From positions 256,001-320,000 of the forward strand of contig OZ242029.1 in assembly GCA_965205015.1 (NCBI GenBank): a DNA stretch of 64,000 nt, in the 5' to 3' direction. Within the stretch, counting starts at the first letter, position 1. Each line of letters starts with the position of its first letter. Source of the DNA: Candidatus Poribacteria bacterium. Lineage in GTDB: Bacteria > Poribacteria > WGA-4E > WGA-3G. The notes under the pieces are model-generated. The model saw nothing but the letters and a program-made list of their open reading frames with translations, was not told the origin of the DNA and did not search any database. A program made the position numbers and the translations under genes. Shown in pieces: positions 17,733-27,066 of this stretch.

Positions 17733-19520
17733 GTGAAAAACAGTGCTACGTTCATAGCAGGTTTCGGCGTGCTAACGCTCCTGCTGCTGATCCCAAATAC
17801 AGGAAATACAAAGCCAGATGATGTCCGTTATTCGGTCCTCACGAATCAGGGGCATACCATTTTAAGCGCTGCTTTTAACCCTCGCGACATTCACATGCTT
17901 GCGACTGGGGGCTCTGATGGCACAATCCGGGTATGGAATACAAGCACGCGCGCACTCCTGTACATCATTTATTACGATAAGGATTTGATCCTCAGTCTCG
18001 CATTTAGCCCTGATGGTAGCGTACTGGCGAGCGGAAGTGCCGATGGCAACGTGCGATTATGGAATGTCGGCACAGGGAAACTCCAGCATAAGCTCAGTGA
18101 GCACACGGACCTTGTAACGAGTCTCGCTTTTAGTGCTGATGGCAGCGTACTCGCCAGTGGCAGTGAAGATGGGACGATCCGGCTGTGGGATCCAGACACA
18201 GGACAGCAGCAGAACGCCCTCACGGGTTATGATGTCCCCGTCCTCAGTCTCGCTTTCAGTCCTATTGGAAAGGTACTTGCAACCGGGCGAGCCGACACCC
18301 GAGTCCGGGTGTGGAACTTGGAGACGGGCAGACTCCAACACACGCTTGAGGGCCATAAGGATCTTGTCCTCAGTCTTGCATTTGGTCCTAATAACGGCAT
18401 GCTCGCCAGTGGCGGGGCTGATGGCAGGGTGTTCCTATGGAAAACAAGCCCAGGGGTGCTCCTGAAAACCTTCACCGCACATACGAATTGGGTCAACACC
18501 GTTGCGTTCCATGGAACAACGCTCGCCAGTGGCAGTTTCGATAAAACGATCCGCTTGTGGAACGTAGACACGAGGACCCTCCAGCAGACGCTCACGGCGC
18601 ATACCCAAAGCGTCGAAAGTCTTGCCTTCAATACGAACGGCAGTCTCCTGGCGAGCGGGAGTGCCGATGGCAAAGTGTTGCTATGGGAACTCACAGCCTC
18701 ACAAACAGCCTCACAAATCCTGGCAGATGTTAATGGAGACGGTGTCGTCAATCGGTTGGATTTGGAGGCAGTCAACACACGCTTAGGCAGGAGTGAGCGG
18801 TCTCCTGCGGATGTCAACACCGATGGTATCGTCAATATTACCGATCTCGTTTTGGTTACGAATGCAATCGAGGCTACAGCCGCTGAGCGGAAGGCCCTTG
18901 TGAGCGGGAGGACAGATGTCAATAACGATAACGTTGTAGATATGTCGGATTTGGAGGCGATTGACGAGCGTTTGGGGATGACAGGGCAGTCTCCTGCGGA
19001 TGTCAACATTGATGGTGTCGTCAATATTGTTGATCTCGTCTTGGTCGCGAATGCCATCAATCTTGCAACGGTAGCCGCCCCCGCTTTCCACAATCGGGTC
19101 ACAGCATTGATTACAGCCGAACGGATCCAAGGGTGGTTGACCGAGGCCCGGTTATCAGAGGAGCCCTCTCTTGCCTACCAGAGAGGCGTGCTGGTGCTAG
19201 AACAACTCTTGGCGATACTGACGCCCGAAACGACAGTGCTACTGCCGAATTATCCGAATCCGTTTAACCCAGAGACGTGGATCCCATATCGGTTGGCAGC
19301 GGCTACGGATGTAGGGGTGCGTATCTACGGTGCGAACGGCACACTGGTAAGAACCTTGGAAATGGGGCAGCAGCCAGCGGGTCTCTATGAAAGCCGTGCG
19401 CGAGCCGCGTATTGGGATGGCAAAAACGAACTTGGGGAACCCGTAGCAAGTGGCCTCTATTTTTATACACTCACTGCCGGGGAATTCACTGCGACACGGA
19501 AGATGCTGATACGGAAATAG
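17733..19520 (+). CDS. Secreted WD40 beta-propeller with two dockerin-like domains and C-terminal sorting domain
   Basis: 7 WD40 repeats (SLAFSPDGSVLASGSADG..RLW); four DVNxDGxVNxxDL loops; CTD. Confidence 0.9.
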   Translation: MKNSATFIAGFGVLTLLLLIPNTGNTKPDDVRYSVLTNQGHTILSAAFNPRDIHMLATGGSDGTIRVWNTSTRALLYIIYYDKDLILSLAFSPDGSVLASGSADGNVRLWNVGTGKLQHKLSEHTDLVTSLAFSADGSVLASGSEDGTIRLWDPDTGQQQNALTGYDVPVLSLAFSPIGKVLATGRADTRVRVWNLETGRLQHTLEGHKDLVLSLAFGPNNGMLASGGADGRVFLWKTSPGVLLKTFTAHTNWVNTVAFHGTTLASGSFDKTIRLWNVDTRTLQQTLTAHTQSVESLAFNTNGSLLASGSADGKVLLWELTASQTASQILADVNGDGVVNRLDLEAVNTRLGRSERSPADVNTDGIVNITDLVLVTNAIEATAAERKALVSGRTDVNNDNVVDMSDLEAIDERLGMTGQSPADVNIDGVVNIVDLVLVANAINLATVAAPAFHNRVTALITAERIQGWLTEARLSEEPSLAYQRGVLVLEQLLAILTPETTVLLPNYPNPFNPETWIPYRLAAATDVGVRIYGANGTLVRTLEMGQQPAGLYESRARAAYWDGKNELGEPVASGLYFYTLTAGEFTATRKMLIRK

Positions 19521-19588
19521 TATCATAAGACCTTATGAGTGCTGGGATGCTGACGTTTATTAGCTTCTCAGCGAAGGAGTCTCAACAG

Positions 19589-22500
19589 ATGAAAAACAGG
19601 ATCATATTTCCACTATTGCGTATAGTGTTGGTCTCGCTACTTTTTTCAGCCACTGCTTTCTCAGAGGATACAGTTGTGCGTGTCGCGTCCCGTCTCTTGG
19701 CGAGTGGTGCGGATCCCTCCGTAGTAGATATTGTTATTGAGAATGGACAAAACATTGCGGGATACCAGGTGATGCTTCAGTTTGACAGTGACTTTCTTGA
19801 ATATAAGAAGATCGAACACGGTGCCTATTTGCCAAAGGACGCATTTCGGGGAGAACCGCAAATTATACCTGATATAGATCCTACGGATGATTCACTTCAG
19901 GCGATACTTTTTGCGGCGGTTTCTTTGAGCAGTTCGGGCAAGGGGGACGGTATTCTTGCTACACTCACGTTTACGCCCAAAATAAAACGGGGGTCTTCCC
20001 TCGTCTTACTTGACAAGACGGTTTTGTCCAATAAGAAGGGGGAGGTATTGCATCCAATTCTTAAACACGCAAAAACATATCCCAAGATTGCTTCTGATTT
20101 AGCGATTGGATCGGTTCAGGCGATCCCCAGAAACACCACGGCGGTGCGGCATGTCTACAGCAAAGGAGATGAGTTTCAACTCCGTACGACTGTCAGGAAC
20201 AGGGGCAATGTGGCATCCGCCGCGGCACAACTCATATTTTATGGTCCCGCTACCACAAAGACGAATAAAGGCGGTGCGTTGGGAAGCGTCAATATAGCAC
20301 CGCTGGATCCGAATGCCGCAGTCGAGATAACGCTACCTAACTTTGTTACTGTCTCCGATAATTCCGGCACCTACTATTACACTGCATGTATAGGGAGCGG
20401 TAATTGCTCTGAACCCCTCAAAATTGAGGTAGGTGCCCCGGACCTAAGGGTTCCGGACTTAGTCGTTGAATCCACTACAGTATCTCGACCCAACGATAAT
20501 GTGAGACAGGACCCCATGACCGTGTCGGGTGTATCTACGGATTTTTCCTTGATCCCTCCAAGGACTGAGACAGTCCAATGTGTTGCTTATAGTCCGGACG
20601 GAACCCTCCTCGCAACTGCTGGCAATGACAACAAAATCCACTTGTGGGACTCAAGTACCGGTGTGTTTCGTCGCAATCTTGATTTGGATGGAGATGTCTA
20701 CAGCATTGCCTTTAGTCCAGATGGCACCTGGTTTGCGAGCGGAACTAGAAGAGGAGCGCATCAACTCCTCGTGTGGGAGACAGAAACCTGGGTGGTAAAA
20801 GCCAGATTCGGACCGGGGAACGCCCGGGGTGTCGGTTTTAGTCATGATAGCCAATTTCTTGCGTGTGGGACAGATAGCACGGACGGGGTGTATGTGTATA
20901 AATATTTTAACGATTCGCAAGCGTGGAGAATCTTCGACGAAGAATGGGAACATCCTCATAATGTGACGAGTGTGGCTTGGCATCCTAAACGGCATGTGCT
21001 TGCCAGCGGGTGTGATGACACAAGAGTGCGAGTGTGGGACTTATCCGGGCAATCCGAAGAACTTGAAGGGCATAGAAACAGAGTTCACTCCGTAGCTTTT
21101 AGCAGCAATGGTGACTTCATCGCAAGTGGAGATTCCACCGGGCAAGTAATCTTGTGGAAGAATATAGGCGGGAATTGGGGGGGTCAGGAACTTAAGGAAT
21201 ATAACAATACGGTTCACAGTGTTGTTTTTCATCCGGGTGGAGATTTGCTGTTAAACGGTGCGAATGATGATACGATTGATATGTGGAATGTGCACACGGG
21301 AGAGCATCTCACCAATATCGACCTCTCAGAAGTCAATATCAACGCAGACAAACATGCATACATCCGTAGCATCGCTTTTAATTCTCAAGGCAACGCCATA
21401 GCGATTGGCATTCTTAATGGCAAGGTCCGACAAGTCACCGTAAACCCACATACAGGGGTCGGCTTGAAACTTCCACCAAATCTCATATCAGATGTGGCAC
21501 ACAGTGAAAAATACACCTACTTTGTTCTGAATCCTGTTTTTCCACTGGTGACAGTGACGGGGATACCAAATGCAAATGAACTACAAGAATTACTATACGA
21601 GGGCAAGAATAGGAACAGCCTCGGAAAGTGCATCATTACACTTGATACTAACAAATATGATTATTTTGCGTTCCCCTTAGAACCTGGTACAGATGAAGAA
21701 GTATATGATGCTTTGAAAAGTGCATTTAATATTATTCTTTCGGGAGTTGGCTTCGTAAAATCGGTCAAAATCATAAAACCGGGGGTCGAACAGAGCAGAA
21801 AGATAGTTAAAGGCATTCAGAAACTGGGGGAAGTTTTGAGTGCCCTAACTATTTTCGTGGACTCCGTAAATATTCTGGATACGGTGGCTGATGTTGTAGA
21901 GAACAGTGAGGAGGAGCAGGATTTCGCAATGACAATAGAACCGATACAACCCGAGGGACCCGGTTGGGGAGAAATATTTCTTTACAGTTTATTAGATTTT
22001 GTGGATCTTGCGGACGCGGATACGCGATTCGTTGATTATCCTGTCCTTTTTCGCATCTCAGGCGGCTTACACAGCTTACCAAGTATAGGCATTAAGGTAA
22101 CGCAAAACTACAGCATCGACGCTTCAGATTATGCGGTGACATATGAAGGGACGTGGGACCTGGAAAATAGCACCAGTGCGGCACCAAGCGCACAACCAAT
22201 GTCACTTGCGGATTATCCGCCATTTCAACAGTTATCACCGGAAATGCAGGAATATCTGCTCCGGTATTTCGATGAGTCTAAAAACACTGAGGCTACAACT
22301 GCCGAGGCATGGCAGGTTCCAGAGGCGACATCTCTATTAGCCAACTACCCGAACCCGTTCAACCCGGAGACGTGGATTCCGTATCAACTCTCTGAACCCG
22401 CGGATGTAACGTTGACCATCTACGACCTCAACGGGCATGTCGTGCGGGATTTAGATGTAGGGCATCAACGCGCAGGGATGTATCAGAGTCGGGCGCGGGC

Positions 22501-22615
22501 GGCGTATTGGGATGGCAGAAACGCACAAGGGGAGCCTGTGGCAAGTGGCCTCTATTTCTATACGCTCACAGCAGGCGAATTTACCGCAACGCGTAAAATG
22601 CTGATACGGAAGTAG
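19589..22615 (+). CDS. Secreted cohesin + CARDB/Ig + WD40 protein with divergent helical region and C-terminal sorting domain
   Basis: AAGGAG RBS before ATG 19589; cohesin-like [21 protein letters not shown]...[10 protein letters not shown]; CARDB-like TVRNRGN; WD40 repeats; CTD. Confidence 0.85.
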   Translation: MKNRIIFPLLRIVLVSLLFSATAFSEDTVVRVASRLLASGADPSVVDIVIENGQNIAGYQVMLQFDSDFLEYKKIEHGAYLPKDAFRGEPQIIPDIDPTDDSLQAILFAAVSLSSSGKGDGILATLTFTPKIKRGSSLVLLDKTVLSNKKGEVLHPILKHAKTYPKIASDLAIGSVQAIPRNTTAVRHVYSKGDEFQLRTTVRNRGNVASAAAQLIFYGPATTKTNKGGALGSVNIAPLDPNAAVEITLPNFVTVSDNSGTYYYTACIGSGNCSEPLKIEVGAPDLRVPDLVVESTTVSRPNDNVRQDPMTVSGVSTDFSLIPPRTETVQCVAYSPDGTLLATAGNDNKIHLWDSSTGVFRRNLDLDGDVYSIAFSPDGTWFASGTRRGAHQLLVWETETWVVKARFGPGNARGVGFSHDSQFLACGTDSTDGVYVYKYFNDSQAWRIFDEEWEHPHNVTSVAWHPKRHVLASGCDDTRVRVWDLSGQSEELEGHRNRVHSVAFSSNGDFIASGDSTGQVILWKNIGGNWGGQELKEYNNTVHSVVFHPGGDLLLNGANDDTIDMWNVHTGEHLTNIDLSEVNINADKHAYIRSIAFNSQGNAIAIGILNGKVRQVTVNPHTGVGLKLPPNLISDVAHSEKYTYFVLNPVFPLVTVTGIPNANELQELLYEGKNRNSLGKCIITLDTNKYDYFAFPLEPGTDEEVYDALKSAFNIILSGVGFVKSVKIIKPGVEQSRKIVKGIQKLGEVLSALTIFVDSVNILDTVADVVENSEEEQDFAMTIEPIQPEGPGWGEIFLYSLLDFVDLADADTRFVDYPVLFRISGGLHSLPSIGIKVTQNYSIDASDYAVTYEGTWDLENSTSAAPSAQPMSLADYPPFQQLSPEMQEYLLRYFDESKNTEATTAEAWQVPEATSLLANYPNPFNPETWIPYQLSEPADVTLTIYDLNGHVVRDLDVGHQRAGMYQSRARAAYWDGRNAQGEPVASGLYFYTLTAGEFTATRKMLIRK

Positions 22616-22625
22616 ATTTTTCGTA

Positions 22626-22753
22626 TAAGACTTACGCAATTTTGACGATAGCGCGTTCTGTGAGATGAAAATGCCTAAAAAACGCAGATGCTTTCTTGGC
22701 GCAGGAGACCAACGGTTTCCTATGCTACAAAAGAACAACGCGCATAAATCCTA
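22626..22753. mobile_element. Degenerate MITE family B copy
   Basis: Left end TAAGACTTACGCA, degenerate right end CGCATAAATCCTA; contains the repeat also found at about 14984. Confidence 0.5.
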
Positions 22754-22768
22754 TTAAGGAGAAATTCA

Positions 22769-23212
22769 ATGAAAATAATTTCAACGTTCCACATTTTGGG
22801 ACTTTTCATGGCAGTCCTGATGTTCAGTACACCTTTTGTCGCCCTCACACAGCAGCTACCTGTACCAGCCGTAATCGATGCCGAAGCCGATGCGAATAGA
22901 GATGTAAACAAACCTTTATGGTTTGGAGCAGGTGTTCTGCTTTCTGGTGCCGCATTTTTGCTGAAGCCGTATGGGTACGTTATCCTTCCACTGAGTCTGG
23001 GCGGTTATCTCTATCAACCCGCACCGCCTCCTTCACGGTTGATTGGGAAATCGCCTGAATATGTAACCGCTTACGTATCCGCCTACAAATCAAAAGTAGC
23101 GGATATCCAAGGGAATATGGCCGGAATAGGTTGTCTCAGTGGTTGTATTGTCATTGCGGTTGCGGGTGGAGGTATAGGTTTTGGATTAGGATCCCTAGCG
23201 GTAACACAATGA
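22769..23212 (+). CDS. Hypothetical exported membrane protein
   Basis: AAGGAG RBS, signal peptide, hydrophobic hairpin and Gly-rich hydrophobic C-terminus. Confidence 0.7.
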   Translation: MKIISTFHILGLFMAVLMFSTPFVALTQQLPVPAVIDAEADANRDVNKPLWFGAGVLLSGAAFLLKPYGYVILPLSLGGYLYQPAPPPSRLIGKSPEYVTAYVSAYKSKVADIQGNMAGIGCLSGCIVIAVAGGGIGFGLGSLAVTQ

Positions 23213-23240
23213 GAAACGCACTTAACCTTTAGGAGGCTGA

Positions 23241-23657
23241 ATGATGAGATACTATGGGATTTTTCTAATATGTGCTTTGGTTATTGGCTGCACAGCACTT
23301 CTGACTGAACAGACATACGTGCGTATTGACGCGCCAGTAACAATTACGAAAACCCCCCACGGCGTCGTGTATGCCTTTCCGGAGAAAAAATTGATTCGGA
23401 AAATTCGTATCGTCGGCGAAGGGACGCTTCAAAATGTAAGACTCGGGGTGCGGGATGACGCATCAAACTGGGTGCGGGTGAAAACGATGAAACAGAGATT
23501 TGCCCTTCCAATTGAGATTCCTATCACTTGGGCTTTGCCCACAGATGCCGTTCGGATACAAAGAACGAAGGCTGCTATTCCGACGAAAAAAGGCTGGGCT
23601 TCCAGGGGGCAAATTAATACCGTTGAATTTTACACAACCGTGTCAGGAGGGCAATAA
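23241..23657 (+). CDS. Hypothetical lipoprotein
   Basis: AGGAGG RBS, lipobox-like VIGC; stop overlaps next start (TAATG). Confidence 0.7.
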   Translation: MMRYYGIFLICALVIGCTALLTEQTYVRIDAPVTITKTPHGVVYAFPEKKLIRKIRIVGEGTLQNVRLGVRDDASNWVRVKTMKQRFALPIEIPITWALPTDAVRIQRTKAAIPTKKGWASRGQINTVEFYTTVSGGQ

Positions 23658-24940
23658 TGAAACTACGGCAATTCGGATTTTTGTGCCTCATTTTATGCCT
23701 CTCTATTACCAACGCAATCGCTCAAGATTTTGGAATCTTGGCACCCAGTGGGGACATCCTTGAAACCGTATTTGACCATCGAAGCATCGCCATGGGTAAC
23801 ACAGCGGTCATTACGCCGAGAGGCAGTAGTGCGATGTTTTCAAACCCATCTATCCTCGCGACATTCTCTAAACCGCAGATACAGATGGGCGGAAAACTTC
23901 TGTACGGAACAATTACAAATGAAGCGGGAAGCGAGAACGAACTTTACGAGTCCTCTAAAGCCGAGTATCCACTGTTCCCCAGCCGGTCGTTCTTCACGTT
24001 TGCAATGCCCTATCGGCTACCGAACACGGACTTAAAGCTTGCCTTTGGCATTGGGTATCAGCGGAACGAAGGCGTAAAGTGGGAGTCGGAGGTGATCTGG
24101 GTGGAGGAAGAGCGGTCAACAGACACGGGTGACCTTGTGAATATTCGCAGGACCTCAAATTACACCAGCAGAACCCAAGGGCATTTGAGCACCCTCACCC
24201 CCGGAGTTGCCCTGAATCTTCAAGACAGATATTTCTTCGGTCTGACACTCAACCGAGCGTTTGGTGCAATTATCTCCACCCAAGAACGGAACCTTTCAGA
24301 TCAGCAAACGAAAATAGATTCGGATCAAAAACAATCCGCAACGTTTCTAAGACTCGGGGCACTTGCTAAGGTAACCCCGATACTCTCTGTCGGTCTGATG
24401 TACCGTAGGGGGTTCACATGGGAATGGGGTGATAAAATTACGAAAACCTATGAAGCGGGTCAGCTGGATACAGTGAGAGATCAACCCTTCCTTGCGTTAG
24501 CGATACCGACTGTGTGGGGGCTCGGTGCGGAATATAAGGTTTCCCCTAACCTCGTTGTCGCCTTAGAAATCCAATCCCGTCCGTTCGCTGAACTTCGATG
24601 GAGTAGCGATATTTATCAACAAGCATTCGTTGAAGACGGTCTTAACCTTTCCGTGGGTGCGGAGTATTTAGGGGCTGGCGTTCCGCTTCGTTTTGGGACT
24701 TTTCGAGAGGTGATCCCGATTGTAGACGAAAACGACACCGCACCCGTGAGTTTTGTCGGACTCACTGTGGGCATGGGTTCCAGCGGTGACACAGATTTTT
24801 CTTGGGATGCTTCGGCACTCTTCGGGACCTGGGAGCAGGTCAATAATGAAGGACAGAAATATTCAGAAAACCTCATCCGTGCGGGGATTTCGGCGACTTA
24901 CCGCTTCAATACGGTTCTCGGCACTACTTTCACAAGATAG
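23657..24940 (+). CDS. Outer-membrane beta-barrel, PorV/FadL-like (paralog 1)
   Basis: Signal peptide; RSIAMGNT...SAMFSNPSIL plug motif; amphipathic strands; last strand GISATYRF. Confidence 0.75.
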   Translation: MKLRQFGFLCLILCLSITNAIAQDFGILAPSGDILETVFDHRSIAMGNTAVITPRGSSAMFSNPSILATFSKPQIQMGGKLLYGTITNEAGSENELYESSKAEYPLFPSRSFFTFAMPYRLPNTDLKLAFGIGYQRNEGVKWESEVIWVEEERSTDTGDLVNIRRTSNYTSRTQGHLSTLTPGVALNLQDRYFFGLTLNRAFGAIISTQERNLSDQQTKIDSDQKQSATFLRLGALAKVTPILSVGLMYRRGFTWEWGDKITKTYEAGQLDTVRDQPFLALAIPTVWGLGAEYKVSPNLVVALEIQSRPFAELRWSSDIYQQAFVEDGLNLSVGAEYLGAGVPLRFGTFREVIPIVDENDTAPVSFVGLTVGMGSSGDTDFSWDASALFGTWEQVNNEGQKYSENLIRAGISATYRFNTVLGTTFTR

Positions 24941-25122
24941 GTGTGAAACCAAATTCACACCATAGGTGTCAATTCAGGAAAATAAAATCTCATACCACTG
25001 CGTGAGCGTCTTCTCTACGGCGGTGATATCCAAGGGCTGATAGAGAGAAGAACAACCAACTTTTGAAGGAGGACGGTGTTGCCTCCCGACCTTGCGAGGG
25101 AGGTTCCGTGCCGGGATTTTTA

Positions 25123-26535
25123 ATGAAATTATTTAAACTTGGATATCTGTTTTACGACTTACGCAGTGAGGCGATAAATCGACTCACTACGAACCGAAGG
25201 ACCTTGAAAATACGGGCTTTTTCAAAAGTAGCGCTGTTTGTAGGAGCGCAATTCATTGGGCATTACGTAAGTCCGGTGTTTGTGACGCTACTGATCCTTG
25301 TTCACTACAGCAGTGCCGAAAATCTTGGGATCTTAGAGCCGAGCGCAGAAATCATCGAAACAGGACTTGACAACCGAAGCCTCGCCATGGGGAAGACCCC
25401 AACGACAACTTCGCGAAGCGGCAGTGCGATCTTCTCAAATCCATCGATGCTCGGCACCTTTGCCAAATCACAGGTCCAAGTGGGTGGAAAATTCTTGTAT
25501 GGGACAATTACGAATGAAGCCGCACTTGATGACAACACCTATGCGTTGTATGAAGCCAAGTATCCGATTTTTCCGAACAGGTCCTATCTCGCGGTAGCGA
25601 TTCCTTATCGGTTACAGCACCGACACTTACCGCGCCCCCGGGACTGGCAAATTGTTTTTGGGATTGGTTACCAGAGAAATGAAGGCGTGAAAGGGGAGAT
25701 TCAAGCCCTTTGGTCAGAAGATGGCGGGGCAGCGTTAAAAGGTAAGTCGGCGAGCATCCGGGGGAGGCGGTGGGGGGCTCTGAGCACGATTACGCCAGGC
25801 GTTGCCCTGAATCTTGGAGATAGATATTTTTTCGGGTTAGCGTTCAATCGAACCCTCGGTGCGATTAACTACACAAATGAGTTGGAAGGACCAGGGCGTC
25901 AGACGCAAGTAGATACGGAGCAGGAGCAATCCGCACTGTTCCTCAGAATGGGTGGCTTAGCTAAGGTCACACCTGAACTCTCTATCGGCTTGATGTACCG
26001 CCCAAGTTTTGATTGGGAATTGGGAAGGACAACCACGAAAACCTACGTGGACGGTGAACTCGAGACAGATAGGGATCAGATGGCTGCTCAGTTGACAATA
26101 CCGACTGTGTGGGGGCTCGGTGCGGAATATAAGGTTTCCCCTGACTTCGTTGTCGCCTTAGAAGTCCAATCCCGTCCGTTCTCCGAACTGCAATGGAGCG
26201 GAGATGTTCAGCAGCATGTATTTGTGGAGAATGGGTTTAATTTTTCCGTGGGTGCAGAGTATTTAGGTGCCCCCTCGGCGTTTCGCTTCGGGGCTTTTCG
26301 GGATGTAATTCCGTTTGTAGATGAAGATGACACGGCACCCGTGAATCTTGTCGGATTCACAGCAGGCATCGGTTCTGATGCAGAAGCGGATTTCTCTTGG
26401 AACGCCTCCGTCCTCTTTGGCACATGGGGGCACTTTAACAATAAAGGGCAAGAATACTCGGAAAACCTAATTCGTGCCGGGATCTCCGCCACGTATCGCT
26501 TCAAGACGCATGCCGGCTCATCCAGCACAAACTAA
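25123..26535 (+). CDS. Outer-membrane beta-barrel, PorV/FadL-like (paralog 2), with in-frame MITE in signal peptide
   Basis: RSLAMGK...SAIFSNPSML; clearly paralogous to 23657-24940; removing the insert restores a 22-aa signal peptide. Confidence 0.75.
   Translation: MKLFKLGYLFYDLRSEAINRLTTNRRTLKIRAFSKVALFVGAQFIGHYVSPVFVTLLILVHYSSAENLGILEPSAEIIETGLDNRSLAMGKTPTTTSRSGSAIFSNPSMLGTFAKSQVQVGGKFLYGTITNEAALDDNTYALYEAKYPIFPNRSYLAVAIPYRLQHRHLPRPRDWQIVFGIGYQRNEGVKGEIQALWSEDGGAALKGKSASIRGRRWGALSTITPGVALNLGDRYFFGLAFNRTLGAINYTNELEGPGRQTQVDTEQEQSALFLRMGGLAKVTPELSIGLMYRPSFDWELGRTTTKTYVDGELETDRDQMAAQLTIPTVWGLGAEYKVSPDFVVALEVQSRPFSELQWSGDVQQHVFVENGFNFSVGAEYLGAPSAFRFGAFRDVIPFVDEDDTAPVNLVGFTAGIGSDAEADFSWNASVLFGTWGHFNNKGQEYSENLIRAGISATYRFKTHAGSSSTN
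25153..25276. mobile_element. MITE family B inserted in-frame in a coding sequence
   Basis: Ends TACGACTTACGCA / TACGTAAGTCCGG; 5-bp direct repeat TGTTT at 25148-25152 and 25277-25281; internal GTAG/CTAC REP pair. Confidence 0.8.
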
Positions 26536-26658
26536 GGAGAATTTCATACTGTAGACGAAAATAACTTTGCTGCTATTGCTGCTGTTCAGCCTTTCTCTTT
26601 ATCAGTCATGTATATCTGTTGATGTGTCTGATATTTTAAGCAGCATCGTAATTTGTAC

Positions 26659-26687
26659 TTGATTTTTTTCGGAAAATTTTGTATGAT
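26659..26687 (+). promoter_or_regulatory. sigma70 promoter
   Basis: TTGATT-N17-TATGAT. Confidence 0.6.
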
Positions 26688-26694
26688 TATGAAC

Positions 26695-26783
26695 GGACGT
26701 TGGGGAGGGATTGCCAGGGTAGATCCCTCTACCCCCGTCTCCACCCAACTGGCAATTGGGTATGCGTCTGAGAATACAACGTC
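26695..26783 (+). ncRNA. Candidate structured RNA (closing stem, two hairpins, complementary loops)
   Basis: P1 GGACGTTG/CAACGTCC; P2 GAGGGAT/ATCCCTC; P3 ACCCAA/TTGGGT; loops TGCCAG and CTGGCA are complementary; starts at predicted TSS. Confidence 0.45.
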
Positions 26784-27066
26784 CAAATACCACAATTTTT
26801 TGATACCATAAAAGTAGCGATGCTTACTGGCGATCTTCCCACGCCACGCTTTACCTTGATAGATCAGTGAACGTGAAATCCGAATGTTGTCACAGACGGC
26901 TACCGGACGGGAAACGAATCGTATTGCGGAAATCAATCCTCAAGAGAAAAAAGGTCTTGAAAATGCGAAAACGCCCCAGCAACGTTACAAACTTCTGCGC
27001 GGTTTGATGAAGATTCATTTTTGAACATACTATAAACGGCACGACGACAAGGAGGAAGAGGATCCT

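Noticed and set aside
26695-26783. Assignment as a SAM-I, purine or cobalamin riboswitch
   Set aside because: Only scattered words (GAGGGA, GGCAA) match and the conserved cores and stem order do not; kept as an unassigned candidate RNA.
26820-27024. Short frameshifted coding remnant (MLTGDLP.../...MLSQTATGRETNR...KIHF)
   Set aside because: Too short and unrecognisable to call a gene or pseudogene.
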